Positions 1 to 9,281 of a stretch of 53,323 nt of DNA are shown here, piece by piece. Every line of letters starts with the position of its first letter. Position 1 is the stretch's first letter. The DNA lies in IMG/VR virus record IMGVR_UViG_3300042564_003265; one strand, given 5' to 3'. The DNA comes from a virus (taxonomy: Duplodnaviria > Heunggongvirae > Uroviricota > Caudoviricetes). The notes beneath the pieces were generated by a model that saw nothing but the letters and a program-made list of their open reading frames with translations, did no database searches and was not told the origin of the DNA. Made by a program: the position numbers and the translations under genes.

Positions 1-2610
1 GTTCATATTACTTAATGAACCCGCGCTACCTGTTGTATTCTGATTAAATGTTGGAACTGACGCAGTAATAGTTGAACTGTCTCCAAGTGTTAATGTAACA
101 GTTGAACTTGTAAAACCTAAAGATGATGGTCTTTTATTATATGCGGTATTCCAATTTGATGCAGAACTAATATATGAATCACCAATTGCAGTTGCTTGCC
201 AAGTACCAACGGTAATCGCACCACTCGCAGTAATTCTTAAACCCTCTACATACCCACTACTTGTGTTACCAAATGAGAAGTAATCATTTGCACCGGCATC
301 ATCCGATACCGAGAAGTACATTATTGCGGTATTCGCATTTTCATAGTGTTTTATATAACCTGGGTCATTAGTTTGTGCGGGGAATGTGATTGTTGAATCT
401 GTTCCTGACTTACCAATTGTAATTGCTGCGAATGTTGGTGAACTACTTGTTAACACCGCTTGGTTTAAATATGAACCGAAACCTGTTGTTGATGATAAGG
501 TTACTTGCGAAGAACCTGAAACTAATCCTGAAGGTACTCCTGAAATAGAACCGAACGCCACTTGTGACGAACCTGAGACCAAACCTGATGGTACACCTGT
601 GATTCCACCAAATGAAATTTGTGCAGAACCTGAAACAACTGAAATACCATTAAAGAATGAACCTGAGTGAATCGTTGTGCCGGCAAGTACTTGTGACGAA
701 CCTGACACTAAACCTGACGGAATACCACTAATACTACCAAAAGTAATCTGTGAAGAACCACTAACAATACCTGAAGGTATCCCTGATACACTTCCATAAG
801 TGATTTGTGATGACCCCGATACTGTACCACTTGGAAGTTGTGCAGAACCTGACCATACTCCACTACCATTCAATACTTGACTTGACCCTGATACAACTCC
901 CGATGGAAGTTGTGCGGAACCTGACCAAATACCTGTTCCACTCAACACTTGAGATGAGCCCGAAACTAATCCTGATGGTATGGAACTAATACTTAAGAAA
1001 GTAATTTGAGAAGAGCCAGATACCAATGTTGGTTTATCTGAAATACCATTAAATGATACTTGAGAACTACCCGATACTGTACCACTTGGAAGTTGTGCTG
1101 AACCTGAAACAACACCTGAAGGTAACTGAGCAGAACCTGACCATACACCTGTGGATGTTAATATTGTTGCCGCACTTATAGAACCTCCTAATGATGTACT
1201 ATTACCTGCAATTGTTATTGAACTATTTGTAAGTGAACCATTTCCAATATTTGATAATGTGTTGGATGCTCCACTAATTGTTTTGTTTGTTAAAGCTTGT
1301 GATGCGGTCTTTAACACCACATCATCTTCTGAACCTAAAGGACCTGCAATCCACTTATCATTCGCAGTATCCCAAAGGAATGAACCCGATGTAAAAGTTG
1401 ATGCGGTTGCGTCTCTTACAACGATACCCGCATTAGTTGCTCCCGTTCCGTTAAGTTGAATAATGTTATCTGATAAACTTATCGTTGTTGATTCAACAGT
1501 TGTTGTTAGTCCTTTAACTAAAAGGTTACCCTTTACCGTAACATTGGAACCTGTAAATTCTAATCCTGTATTAACTGAATTGGTAAATGAGTTCAACGAT
1601 GCAGTTGAAGTGTTCAAAGCATTAATTGTAGTTGTGTTACTACTTGTATATGAATTTAAACTACTTGACGCAGTTTCTAACGCCGTTAATCTACCACTAG
1701 CACTTGAAGTGAATGTGTTGAAGTCTGTTCTAATTGAACCACTCGCGCTCTCCAATGAAGTTAATCTACCACTAGCACTACTTGTAAATGTGTTTAAAGA
1801 ACTTGTAGAAGTATGAATTGCATTAATGTTACTTGTATTTGAACTTGTGTATGAGTTCAAACTACTTGTTGCAGTGTGAATAGCGTTAATGTTTGTTGTG
1901 TTTGAAGACGTGTAAGAATTCAAACTACTTGTTGCAGTTTGTAATGTGCCAATAATTGTATTATTACTACCTGTATATGTGTTTAACGATGCCACTGAAC
2001 CAGTAACTCCTTCAATCGAAGTCAATCTACCATCCGCACTACTTGTAAATGAATTTAACGAAGCAGTTGATGTATGAATCGCATTAATGTTTGTTGTATT
2101 GCTACTTGTATATGAATTAAGACTACTCGTTGCTGTGTGAATAGCGTTAATGTTTGTTGTGTTAGATGAAGTATATGAGTTTAAACTACCGGTTGAAGTT
2201 TCAATAGAATTCAATCTACCGTCCGCACTTGAGGTAAATGTGTTTAAAGAACTTGTGGAAGTTTGTAAAGTACCTATTACAGTATTATTACTACCTGTAT
2301 AGGTGTTTAAACTTGAGATTGAACCGGTTACAGTTTCAATTGAATTTAGTCTACCATTTGCACTTGAAGTGAACGTGTTCAGTGAACTCGTAGAGGTTTC
2401 AATCGACGTGAATTTATTGGAGGTGTCTCCGGTAAATGTGTTAAAACTTGAGGTTAGGGTGTATCTTGGTGCAAATGATGCAGTACTCGCATTTGTGGTT
2501 GTACCACTAATATTTGCATTAATTATTCCAAGAACCGTTAAGTCACCCTGTATTTCCGCCGAAGAGGAAACTGATAGGGAGCCCGATATGTGTGCGTCAA
2601 ATATATTCAT
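1..2610 (-). CDS. Ser/Thr-rich tail-fibre-like protein, 3' partial (runs off the window start); paralog of 44424-48791
   Basis: Not in the ORF track. My translation from ATG at 2610 (MNIFDAHISGSLSVSSSAEIQGDLTV...) stays open to base 1 (870 codons). Contains 21-aa SLNSYTSSNTTNINAIHT repeats, PSGxVSGSSQ repeats and LSSTTGFGSYLNQAVLTSSSPTF, identical to the 44424-48791 protein. Confidence 0.85.
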   Translation of the reverse strand, partial: MNIFDAHISGSLSVSSSAEIQGDLTVLGIINANISGTTTNASTASFAPRYTLTSSFNTFTGDTSNKFTSIETSTSSLNTFTSSANGRLNSIETVTGSISSLNTYTGSNNTVIGTLQTSTSSLNTFTSSADGRLNSIETSTGSLNSYTSSNTTNINAIHTATSSLNSYTSSNTTNINAIHTSTASLNSFTSSADGRLTSIEGVTGSVASLNTYTGSNNTIIGTLQTATSSLNSYTSSNTTNINAIHTATSSLNSYTSSNTSNINAIHTSTSSLNTFTSSASGRLTSLESASGSIRTDFNTFTSSASGRLTALETASSSLNSYTSSNTTTINALNTSTASLNSFTNSVNTGLEFTGSNVTVKGNLLVKGLTTTVESTTISLSDNIIQLNGTGATNAGIVVRDATASTFTSGSFLWDTANDKWIAGPLGSEDDVVLKTASQALTNKTISGASNTLSNIGNGSLTNSSITIAGNSTSLGGSISAATILTSTGVWSGSAQLPSGVVSGSAQLPSGTVSGSSQVSFNGISDKPTLVSGSSQITFLSISSIPSGLVSGSSQVLSGTGIWSGSAQLPSGVVSGSSQVLNGSGVWSGSAQLPSGTVSGSSQITYGSVSGIPSGIVSGSSQITFGSISGIPSGLVSGSSQVLAGTTIHSGSFFNGISVVSGSAQISFGGITGVPSGLVSGSSQVAFGSISGVPSGLVSGSSQVTLSSTTGFGSYLNQAVLTSSSPTFAAITIGKSGTDSTITFPAQTNDPGYIKHYENANTAIMYFSVSDDAGANDYFSFGNTSSGYVEGLRITASGAITVGTWQATAIGDSYISSASNWNTAYNKRPSSLGFTSSTVTLTLGDSSTITASVPTFNQNTTGSAGSLSNMN
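500..1150 (-). repeat. Degenerate coding repeats encoding PSG(V/L/I/T)VSGS(S/A)Q units
   Basis: Recurrent gaacctga / gaacctgacca motifs on the + strand; approximate bounds. Confidence 0.8.
1560..2450 (-). repeat. Degenerate coding repeats with ~21-aa period (SLN(S/T)(Y/F)TSS...IHT)
   Basis: Recurrent aaactacttgt and gcattaatgtt motifs; translated units such as SLNSYTSSNTTNINAIHTATS; approximate bounds. Confidence 0.8.
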
Positions 2611-2631
2611 CTAATATGTTATTATACTTAG

Positions 2632-2638
2632 ATAAATA
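2632..2638 (-). promoter_or_regulatory. TATTTAT motif, candidate late/virion-gene promoter element
   Basis: 21 nt upstream of ATG 2610; the same heptamer precedes ORFs starting at 8905, 48791 and 52139. Confidence 0.4.
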
Positions 2639-2664
2639 CTTTGTTTGTTGGTTATGATTTCCGT

Positions 2665-3438
2665 TTATTTAGGTAAATAATCAGGAAAATTGGATTTGAT
2701 AAACTGAAGTAGTCTTTTGGAGTATTCTTCGTTGTGTTTTGGGGTTGCGTGCTTACCATCGATAGAAAATTCACGGAAATCCCCATATTCACCATCGAAC
2801 CGATATTTGTCCGAATATTCGTTATCCATTAGGAAAGAACCGTTCCATATATATGGAATATTTCTGTTCTCCAAAAAGTTGGTGATTAGTAGGTGGTTTT
2901 TATACCAATTAATCAAATCGTTCTCATCGTGTGTAATTCTGGCAATTGATTTGTATTCCTCCTTACCTTCAGAATCTTCCTTAAAATAACCCCAAGGTGT
3001 CATATGGAATGGTTCCAACTCACCGTTGTATCTGTAGTATTCTTTACGAGATGGGTAGGTATACATTATGTTAACCAAGTTTGGTCTAATCTTCTGTGTA
3101 AGTGTGATGATACACCTTGCAATATAATCGTTACTCCTACCACCGAACCCTAAGTTCAAATCAACCCCATTACTTATCTGTCTTGAGAAATGATGTGGCC
3201 AGGTTTGGTTGTCACTCACCCCAACACCCTCAGTATGGGAACACCCGACTGACATAATTCTAAATCCGTCTGTGTATAAAGAATCTCCTCTAAACCCCAT
3301 TTCATTGTATGTGTAGGTATTTGTTTCCGACGTGTCAGAACCGGATATGTTGAAGGTTTTATTCCTGCGTTCGTCCAATCTCCAAGAATGGTTACCAACC
3401 TCAAACCCCGAACTTGTCCAAAACTTCATTGACTTCAT
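2665..3438 (-). CDS. SGNH/GDSL-fold protein (esterase or acyltransferase-like)
   Basis: GCSHTEG block I, NLGFGGRSN block II, C-terminal DGKH. Confidence 0.7.
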   Translation of the reverse strand: MKSMKFWTSSGFEVGNHSWRLDERRNKTFNISGSDTSETNTYTYNEMGFRGDSLYTDGFRIMSVGCSHTEGVGVSDNQTWPHHFSRQISNGVDLNLGFGGRSNDYIARCIITLTQKIRPNLVNIMYTYPSRKEYYRYNGELEPFHMTPWGYFKEDSEGKEEYKSIARITHDENDLINWYKNHLLITNFLENRNIPYIWNGSFLMDNEYSDKYRFDGEYGDFREFSIDGKHATPKHNEEYSKRLLQFIKSNFPDYLPK

Positions 3439-4133
3439 ATTAATCTTGTGGTTTTTGTGAAAAAACTAACCATATTCTTATCTGACATATGACAGACACC
3501 GTTTATGTCCATATCATCAAAAGATGGGTTATGGTTGAATAGGTAATTTATATCACTAAAGTATAAATTTAAATATTGTTGGTTTAAGGTTATTGGTGGT
3601 ACGTTATTATATTTTACATTAAAGTATTCATAATTCCTATCCAAGATGTCTAAAACATTTTGGTATGTTTCATTTATTCTTTTGTAGTCATTGGTGGCAA
3701 TTATAGAGGTGTTATTCAACTCATCAAAACTTATAGGTTGAGTCGAATATCTTTCATATATTTCATTGAAACTCTCAATTTGACTTTCTGTTAGTGAGTG
3801 TTTATAACATAAATTCAATTTATTATCATCTATGATATTTTGTAGTTTACTAATGTCCTTCACTATTAAGTCATTATCCAAATGTATGAATGGGAACGAT
3901 ATCTCAGACAATACTTTTAATTTTGGGTAGGACCATATTATGTTTTTTTTATATTTTTCATCCACATCAAACTCCACCCATTCATATCCTAAACTTGTGT
4001 CCCTGAAATAATCTTTATCCGAATAAATCATCGGTTTTATATTCTGATTATTTAAATTCTCAATGGAGTACCTTAAATAAATTTCGGTAACTTCTTTGAG
4101 TCTAACCGGTAGATATGTGAACACAATTTTCAT
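3435..4133 (-). CDS. DUF6734-like putative GT-A nucleotide-sugar transferase
   Basis: WSYPKL...PFIHLDNDL motif with DxD, shared with 14485-15423 and 18531-19556. Confidence 0.55.
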   Translation of the reverse strand: MKIVFTYLPVRLKEVTEIYLRYSIENLNNQNIKPMIYSDKDYFRDTSLGYEWVEFDVDEKYKKNIIWSYPKLKVLSEISFPFIHLDNDLIVKDISKLQNIIDDNKLNLCYKHSLTESQIESFNEIYERYSTQPISFDELNNTSIIATNDYKRINETYQNVLDILDRNYEYFNVKYNNVPPITLNQQYLNLYFSDINYLFNHNPSFDDMDINGVCHMSDKNMVSFFTKTTRLI

Positions 4134-5377
4134 TACAACAACGGTCGTTTTGGTATTGGTTCATCCGTAATTGGACCATTTATAATCATATCCAACATTG
4201 TGTTTTCCTTGTGTAACCTTTCAATAAAAATGTTATGACATTCTAAAATCCAATCCTTACATAGTTGGTAATTGTTATCAAAATCACTAATGAAGGTTCT
4301 TATAAAGTCAGCAAATAGTTTGGCATTTCCTTGATACATTTTGGATTCATCATAAAAAGGATGTTTTCGAATACCTGTTAATTCCATTAAACAATCATAA
4401 GGATATGAATGTGTTGAAACGAATGGGACATTGGCAATGATTAACCCCAATGACTTCTCGCTCAAATATTGACTGTGGTAATCGGCGGAATTATGTGCCC
4501 AAGATTCGTCACAGATTTGAATTTTAGACATTGGTAATATTCTTAAAAAATAATCAAGACCAACAGTTATGTTAGTTAATATTCTTAGATTTTGAAAATC
4601 AATATCGGAGTCGTAGTCATTTAGGAACGCACCTTCAATTTTTCTATACTTTGGTTGTACCGAGTCTTTCTCAATCACATTTGTTTGTGAAACAAATATA
4701 TCTTCAATGTGTGTTAGTTCTTCAGCAATTCTTACTCTAAGTGGTTTATGTGCCCTTACCGAATACCCCATTTTATATTTAGGAACAATTACATCACTAA
4801 TGTTTTTATAATCATAAAACCATCTAATACTAATCATCTCATTCCATTGAAAAATGATATTGGTGAATGGGTTATATAAATTTGGGTGTTTACTTAATAC
4901 AATCTTATTTGTGAAGACGTTATCGGTTAATATGTAATGATTAGTCAGTCTAAGGATTTGATTTTCAATCTCCTCAATTTGACTTGTCCCATCTGTCTTT
5001 ACTTTAGCGGTATCATTTTTTATGAATATTTTTTCAGTTCTAAACAAACAAACTATCCAGTTTTTTTTATCTTCAATTAAATCTGCAATTCTTTCTATAA
5101 TTGCAAATGAATCTGAACCTCTGTGTTCTATACCATCAAAATTCCTATCCTGTCCTCTTTGTCTAAGTGCACCAAAAAAATCAATTATATGAATCCCTTC
5201 TTCATCATTTATTTCAGGATTAAAGGTCACCTCAAAATCTTGTCCCCCATATTCAAATGTAATATCTCTAATGGCACCTTCGGTATTATCGATTTCCGAC
5301 ATTACCTTATTTTTCACATTATGAAAAAACTTTTGGAAAAGAATATCTGTGTAATAATGATGAACGTATATTTTCAT
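4133..5377 (-). CDS. Putative glycosyltransferase-like protein (SEK-x-x-(K)P family, divergent member)
   Basis: C-terminal YLSEKSLGLIIANVPFV resembles motifs in 20286-21557, 23768-25042 and 30388-31671. Confidence 0.4.
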   Translation of the reverse strand: MKIYVHHYYTDILFQKFFHNVKNKVMSEIDNTEGAIRDITFEYGGQDFEVTFNPEINDEEGIHIIDFFGALRQRGQDRNFDGIEHRGSDSFAIIERIADLIEDKKNWIVCLFRTEKIFIKNDTAKVKTDGTSQIEEIENQILRLTNHYILTDNVFTNKIVLSKHPNLYNPFTNIIFQWNEMISIRWFYDYKNISDVIVPKYKMGYSVRAHKPLRVRIAEELTHIEDIFVSQTNVIEKDSVQPKYRKIEGAFLNDYDSDIDFQNLRILTNITVGLDYFLRILPMSKIQICDESWAHNSADYHSQYLSEKSLGLIIANVPFVSTHSYPYDCLMELTGIRKHPFYDESKMYQGNAKLFADFIRTFISDFDNNYQLCKDWILECHNIFIERLHKENTMLDMIINGPITDEPIPKRPLL

Positions 5378-5380
5378 TAA

Positions 5381-5872
5381 TTAAATAAGTTTACTTTTAT
5401 CTCTTTTACCTCTTCTCAATCTACCGGTACCATTTGAATCAAAGATGTCTTCGTAGTATGTAATTGGTATATTGAGGTTTACGGACAACTCGTTGATGTC
5501 TTTATTCCATTTTACTATATCGTTATAACACATTTCGAAAATGTCTGAAGGTACATCTTCATATAGATATGGATTGTTTGAATTATAACTTCTTGTTTTT
5601 GAATAGTAAGTTTGAAACGCGTGGGATTCTACACATTCCTTAATGTTTCTTCTGGTTAGTAATATAACCTCATCAAACTCTTGACTCAATTCTAAGTTGT
5701 TCGGATGATGACAAATAATTGTTTTTACAACTACATCTTTTTCTTTATTGTATATAACTCTATCTGTCCCATCGAATGGTTCAAACAATGGTTTAAATCC
5801 TTTCTCATCCGCAATTTTATTCAACAACGATGTTGAACCAGTTCTTGGTAGTGCAATTATCAACACACTCAT
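5381..5872 (-). CDS. Small sulfotransferase-like P-loop protein
   Basis: N-terminal IALPRTGSTSL (PAPS 5'-phosphosulfate loop-like), FEPF, and LLTRRN 3'-phosphate-binding-like motif. Confidence 0.6.
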   Translation of the reverse strand: MSVLIIALPRTGSTSLLNKIADEKGFKPLFEPFDGTDRVIYNKEKDVVVKTIICHHPNNLELSQEFDEVILLTRRNIKECVESHAFQTYYSKTRSYNSNNPYLYEDVPSDIFEMCYNDIVKWNKDINELSVNLNIPITYYEDIFDSNGTGRLRRGKRDKSKLI

Positions 5873-6435
5873 AACAATGTTTTATTAACTTTAACTCTTG
5901 GGTATTCAAAATCAGTTTCAGTCATCCAAATGTTTAGTGCATATCTTTTACCCTTTGTAACCGGTAGCACTCCGTGATATGTCTGAGAACCATTAAATGA
6001 AATACTATCACCTAATTTTAAATCGCATAACGTGAGACCATCCAATGTTTCGAAATGGAACGGGGGATTTTCTTCTTCAGTTAAAACAAATTGACCCCCT
6101 TCAAAATTATCCGATAAGACAATGACTGTAGTTAGTTCACTCGATTTATCTTTATGTAAATTAAGATACCTACCATCATAGTATGATGTCAAACTAATAT
6201 TAAAATTCTTTAGATTAAAAGTGGAGTAATCAAACCATAATTTAAATTCTTCGTTTTTGTAGTTACCTGTTAATTTATCAATTATTTTCTTTTTAAATTC
6301 ATCATCATATATTCTTCGACAATCCCAATGTTCTGTTGGGTTATAAGAAAATGGTTCCCCAAACTCAAGACAAAAATTAATTATGTCTTTAGCCTCTTCC
6401 CTACCGCAGAAATTGTTATTTATGTTATAATTCAT
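5869..6435 (-). CDS. Fe(II)/2-oxoglutarate oxygenase (prolyl-hydroxylase-like)
   Basis: LHKD...FEGGQF...YHGVLPVTKGKRYALNIW. Confidence 0.85.
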   Translation of the reverse strand: MNYNINNNFCGREEAKDIINFCLEFGEPFSYNPTEHWDCRRIYDDEFKKKIIDKLTGNYKNEEFKLWFDYSTFNLKNFNISLTSYYDGRYLNLHKDKSSELTTVIVLSDNFEGGQFVLTEEENPPFHFETLDGLTLCDLKLGDSISFNGSQTYHGVLPVTKGKRYALNIWMTETDFEYPRVKVNKTLL

Positions 6436-7253
6436 ATCAAATACGAATTTTTAGATTTATTTTGTGTTAATAAGTTATTGTCTGTTATGAATTTATATAA
6501 TTCATCTGCAATTAATTTATAACCATTACTATTTGGGTGTTTACCCGCTGTATTTTCAGTCCATTGATTCTCATCTTCCCATACATCCTTTCTTTTTGTG
6601 TCGATTAATAAATCCGCCATTGTTTTGTCTTTATATCCCCAATAATGAGATTCATCAATCAAATTTGTTTTGTCTATACTATCAATAATATCATTATTAA
6701 TCATAGTGTCAAACGCATCACAAAAAACATATCTAATACCCATCTGTTTGAACATAAATTGTAAATAAAGAACGTAGTTTTGATTTACAATATCGTAATA
6801 GGTATCGGTGTATAGATTGGTAATGAAATAATCCCTATAGTCTTTTTCAAACCTACTGAAGTTTGATAGATTTCCTTTACCTCCTCCGAAAATGTGTTTG
6901 AATAAATGGTTTTTACTTTTGTATCGTTTACCCCAAATAAAAAAATCATCTTCATTGGGAAAGAAAGGTAACGAATCTCTCAAAGATGAGGACCACATAA
7001 TAACAACGAAATCATCTTGATTGATGATTCCGTTTTTTAAATTATGATGTATTGTATTAAAAATTGCGTTGTTGGAAAAACCTCCAACACCATCGTTTTG
7101 AAATTCACAATTAAGTAAATCTGATAGGTGTTTCGGCCAACAATATTTGTGTCTTATAATTGTTCTTTCTTCCGGCACGTCAGTCTTCTCCTCCTCACTA
7201 ATGTTACCACCAACTCCTTCAGTCCAACTATCTCCATATGTGAACAATCTCAT
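6432..7253 (-). CDS. SGNH/GDSL-fold protein
   Basis: YGDSWTEG, GVGGFSN, GKHPNSNGYKLIA. Confidence 0.75.
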   Translation of the reverse strand: MRLFTYGDSWTEGVGGNISEEEKTDVPEERTIIRHKYCWPKHLSDLLNCEFQNDGVGGFSNNAIFNTIHHNLKNGIINQDDFVVIMWSSSLRDSLPFFPNEDDFFIWGKRYKSKNHLFKHIFGGGKGNLSNFSRFEKDYRDYFITNLYTDTYYDIVNQNYVLYLQFMFKQMGIRYVFCDAFDTMINNDIIDSIDKTNLIDESHYWGYKDKTMADLLIDTKRKDVWEDENQWTENTAGKHPNSNGYKLIADELYKFITDNNLLTQNKSKNSYLI

Positions 7254-7256
7254 ACA

Positions 7257-7397
7257 TTAACTCAAATGTTTTTCTTTAATCTTATTCACAACCTCTTGAA
7301 ATGCGGTCGCTACTTTAGTTTTTAAATCATTTGATAATGGTGCAACAATTGCCTTAATTGTTTGTGCTGGTCTTTCTACTTTTTCTTTTACTGCCAT
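7257..7397 (-). CDS. 46-aa hypothetical protein (MAVKEKVERPAQTIKAIVAPLSNDLKTKVATAFQEVVNKIKEKHLS)
   Basis: Below the ORF-track cutoff. ATG at 7397, TAA at 7257-7259; fills the gap between two genes almost exactly. Confidence 0.6.
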   Translation of the reverse strand: MAVKEKVERPAQTIKAIVAPLSNDLKTKVATAFQEVVNKIKEKHLS

Positions 7398-7414
7398 ATT
7401 ATGTTTATTTTATT

Positions 7415-8905
7415 TTAAAGTTTAGGTATCGGCGCATTACTACAACCAGGACAATACCAACTGTTACAATAGTGACCACAATAGTTCCAAGGACACCAAC
7501 ACGTGTTGTGCATCACACTAAAATCACCATCACCAATATCCACTAAGAACAAATCTGAAGATTCGAAGTCCAAACTGTATATAGTTTTTTGTGCGTGTTC
7601 CATCTCTAACCCTGTAATTTCAACAGTGGTTAATAGATTTGTGTCGGAGTCTGTAATTACTAATTTATCACCAACGTACATTTTGTTAACTCTTTCAAAT
7701 CTGGTTGCTGTTGAGCCTGATTCTTCAATATAATAAGTTGCTGATGGTGCATCAGTCCAAGTTCTACCATCCGATAATGTTATTCTGATATAAATGGTAT
7801 CAACCTCGGAAGACACCATACTAACTAAGGTTGTACCTGTTTGTATTAAGGTTGAATTATCTTGAGCAACACTACTATCCCAACCAAAAGTATCAATCTT
7901 ACTTTGTTCAAATTTAGATGCGTGGTTATCATTTAAATCCACATAATCGATAGAACGAACATAATCACCTAATTGAATAGTATCGACATCCAATAATGTT
8001 CCATCGTATTTTAAAATAACACTATCATCATCGGTGTGGTAATCATTCTTTGCGTAATTACCCAATTCTTTGGTGATGTATTTGTATCTACTTTTTTGAT
8101 TCAATTTATTTGTTCCTGCAACAAATTCATCCGATGTAAATGTTAACGGTATAATTGTTGATTGTGTGTATCCACCCATATGAATCACATCCAAATCAGA
8201 ACCATAGATAATATCGATACTTCTAATAATAGAATAACGACCCTCAATTAAGTTGTCCTCTGAAAATATAAATTCTTGTACTAAGTGATTCGCGGGTACT
8301 TCATTTTTTAATGTCATTAGTTCAGTGGCATCAGAAACTCTATAAAGAGCAGGATAATCTAAAGGACTGTAAACCGGATTTCTTGGTTTTACTAATGTAT
8401 TTGGATTCGTTGTTGTTTCATAGTCCGCGTCACCTAACGTATCTAAATTTAAAGAATCAGACGTGAAATATGTCTTTGGAACATATGTTGTTCCACTCAT
8501 TAACACAAAAAATTCAAATTTGTCAGCACAATATGTTTCATCAACCAATGCAGTCGTATCGAACGATTGTCTTAATATGAATTTATCGTTAGAATCTTCA
8601 ATATATGGGACAGTAACAGAATTTAACGGTACCATATAGTCCGTAAAAGATATGTTGTTTTCTAAACATTTCTCCTCCAATATTTTCTTGAATCTATATT
8701 GTTCGGTTAATGGTTTGTACGCATCCCCTTCAGTCCAAATAAAATGAAATTCAGTAATGTTATTACTGACTAACATTGTAAATAAAGAAGTGTAATCTAA
8801 CAAATCTGCTCCCTCATTATATATTGTGGTGTTGGTGTTTATTTCTAAGAATTTCACCGACTCACCTGATTGTAGTAAATCACTACCGATTATAGTTGCT
8901 TTCAT
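7415..8905 (-). CDS. Fusion: circularly permuted ATP-grasp-like domain + Hint (intein-like) domain + C-terminal 29-aa Cys/Trp-rich peptide
   Basis: N-terminal GSD...KFLEINTN, then LVKPR and LVQEFI. Hint block A-like SVILKYDGTLLDVDTIQLGDYV, block F-like IYSLDFESSDLFLV, block G VMHN followed by TCWCPWNYCGHYCNSWYCPGCSNAPIPKL. Confidence 0.8.
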   Translation of the reverse strand: MKATIIGSDLLQSGESVKFLEINTNTTIYNEGADLLDYTSLFTMLVSNNITEFHFIWTEGDAYKPLTEQYRFKKILEEKCLENNISFTDYMVPLNSVTVPYIEDSNDKFILRQSFDTTALVDETYCADKFEFFVLMSGTTYVPKTYFTSDSLNLDTLGDADYETTTNPNTLVKPRNPVYSPLDYPALYRVSDATELMTLKNEVPANHLVQEFIFSEDNLIEGRYSIIRSIDIIYGSDLDVIHMGGYTQSTIIPLTFTSDEFVAGTNKLNQKSRYKYITKELGNYAKNDYHTDDDSVILKYDGTLLDVDTIQLGDYVRSIDYVDLNDNHASKFEQSKIDTFGWDSSVAQDNSTLIQTGTTLVSMVSSEVDTIYIRITLSDGRTWTDAPSATYYIEESGSTATRFERVNKMYVGDKLVITDSDTNLLTTVEITGLEMEHAQKTIYSLDFESSDLFLVDIGDGDFSVMHNTCWCPWNYCGHYCNSWYCPGCSNAPIPKL

Positions 8906-8923
8906 AATTTTTTTTTCCTAACA

Positions 8924-8930
8924 ATAAATA
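8924..8930 (-). promoter_or_regulatory. TATTTAT motif, candidate late promoter element
   Basis: 18 nt upstream of ATG 8905. Confidence 0.35.
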
Positions 8931-8993
8931 TATCTATAAAATTATTAATAGAAAAGGATATTTACTATTTTAGATATATATGTATATATTATT

Positions 8994-9281
8994 TTATATT
9001 ATTGTATTCGTATTTTTTTTGGGTTGTGGCTTCATATGTTCCGAGTCAACATCTTTCCAAAACCCCTTAGTACAAGGGTTAAAGTTTTTAGAAAATACTT
9101 TCTTATTTAATGGACATCCGCAATCCCCACAATATGCCGACCACTTCACCCCCTTCAACACTTCTTTCCTATACTCACAACCCATACACACCCCTAATCT
9201 TTTTTGTGCCAATTCTTCCTGTTCAGTCGTTGGGTTAAACGAGGCCTTCCAAGCGTCAAATATTTCTTTATAGTCTATCAT
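8994..9281 (-). CDS. Small Cys-rich metal-binding protein (DUF6171-like)
   Basis: RLGVCMGC...CGDCGCPL.KK...PC..GFW pattern. Confidence 0.6.
   Translation of the reverse strand: MIDYKEIFDAWKASFNPTTEQEELAQKRLGVCMGCEYRKEVLKGVKWSAYCGDCGCPLNKKVFSKNFNPCTKGFWKDVDSEHMKPQPKKNTNTII

Noticed and set aside
500-2450. CRISPR-like repeat array
   Set aside because: The repeats are degenerate, in frame and protein-coding, with no unique spacers and no cas genes.
386-2614. Plus-strand ORFs (386-670, 807-989, 1151-1459, 1463-1816, 2303-2614)
   Set aside because: Antisense shadows of the open minus-strand fibre gene; repetitive EP/VEV content derives from Ser/Gly/Thr codons.
7505-8038. Canonical splicing intein or homing-endonuclease mobile element
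   Set aside because: No N-terminal Cys/Ser, no block-B His and no endonuclease insert; the C-extein is only 29 aa. Treated as a C-cleaving Hint instead.
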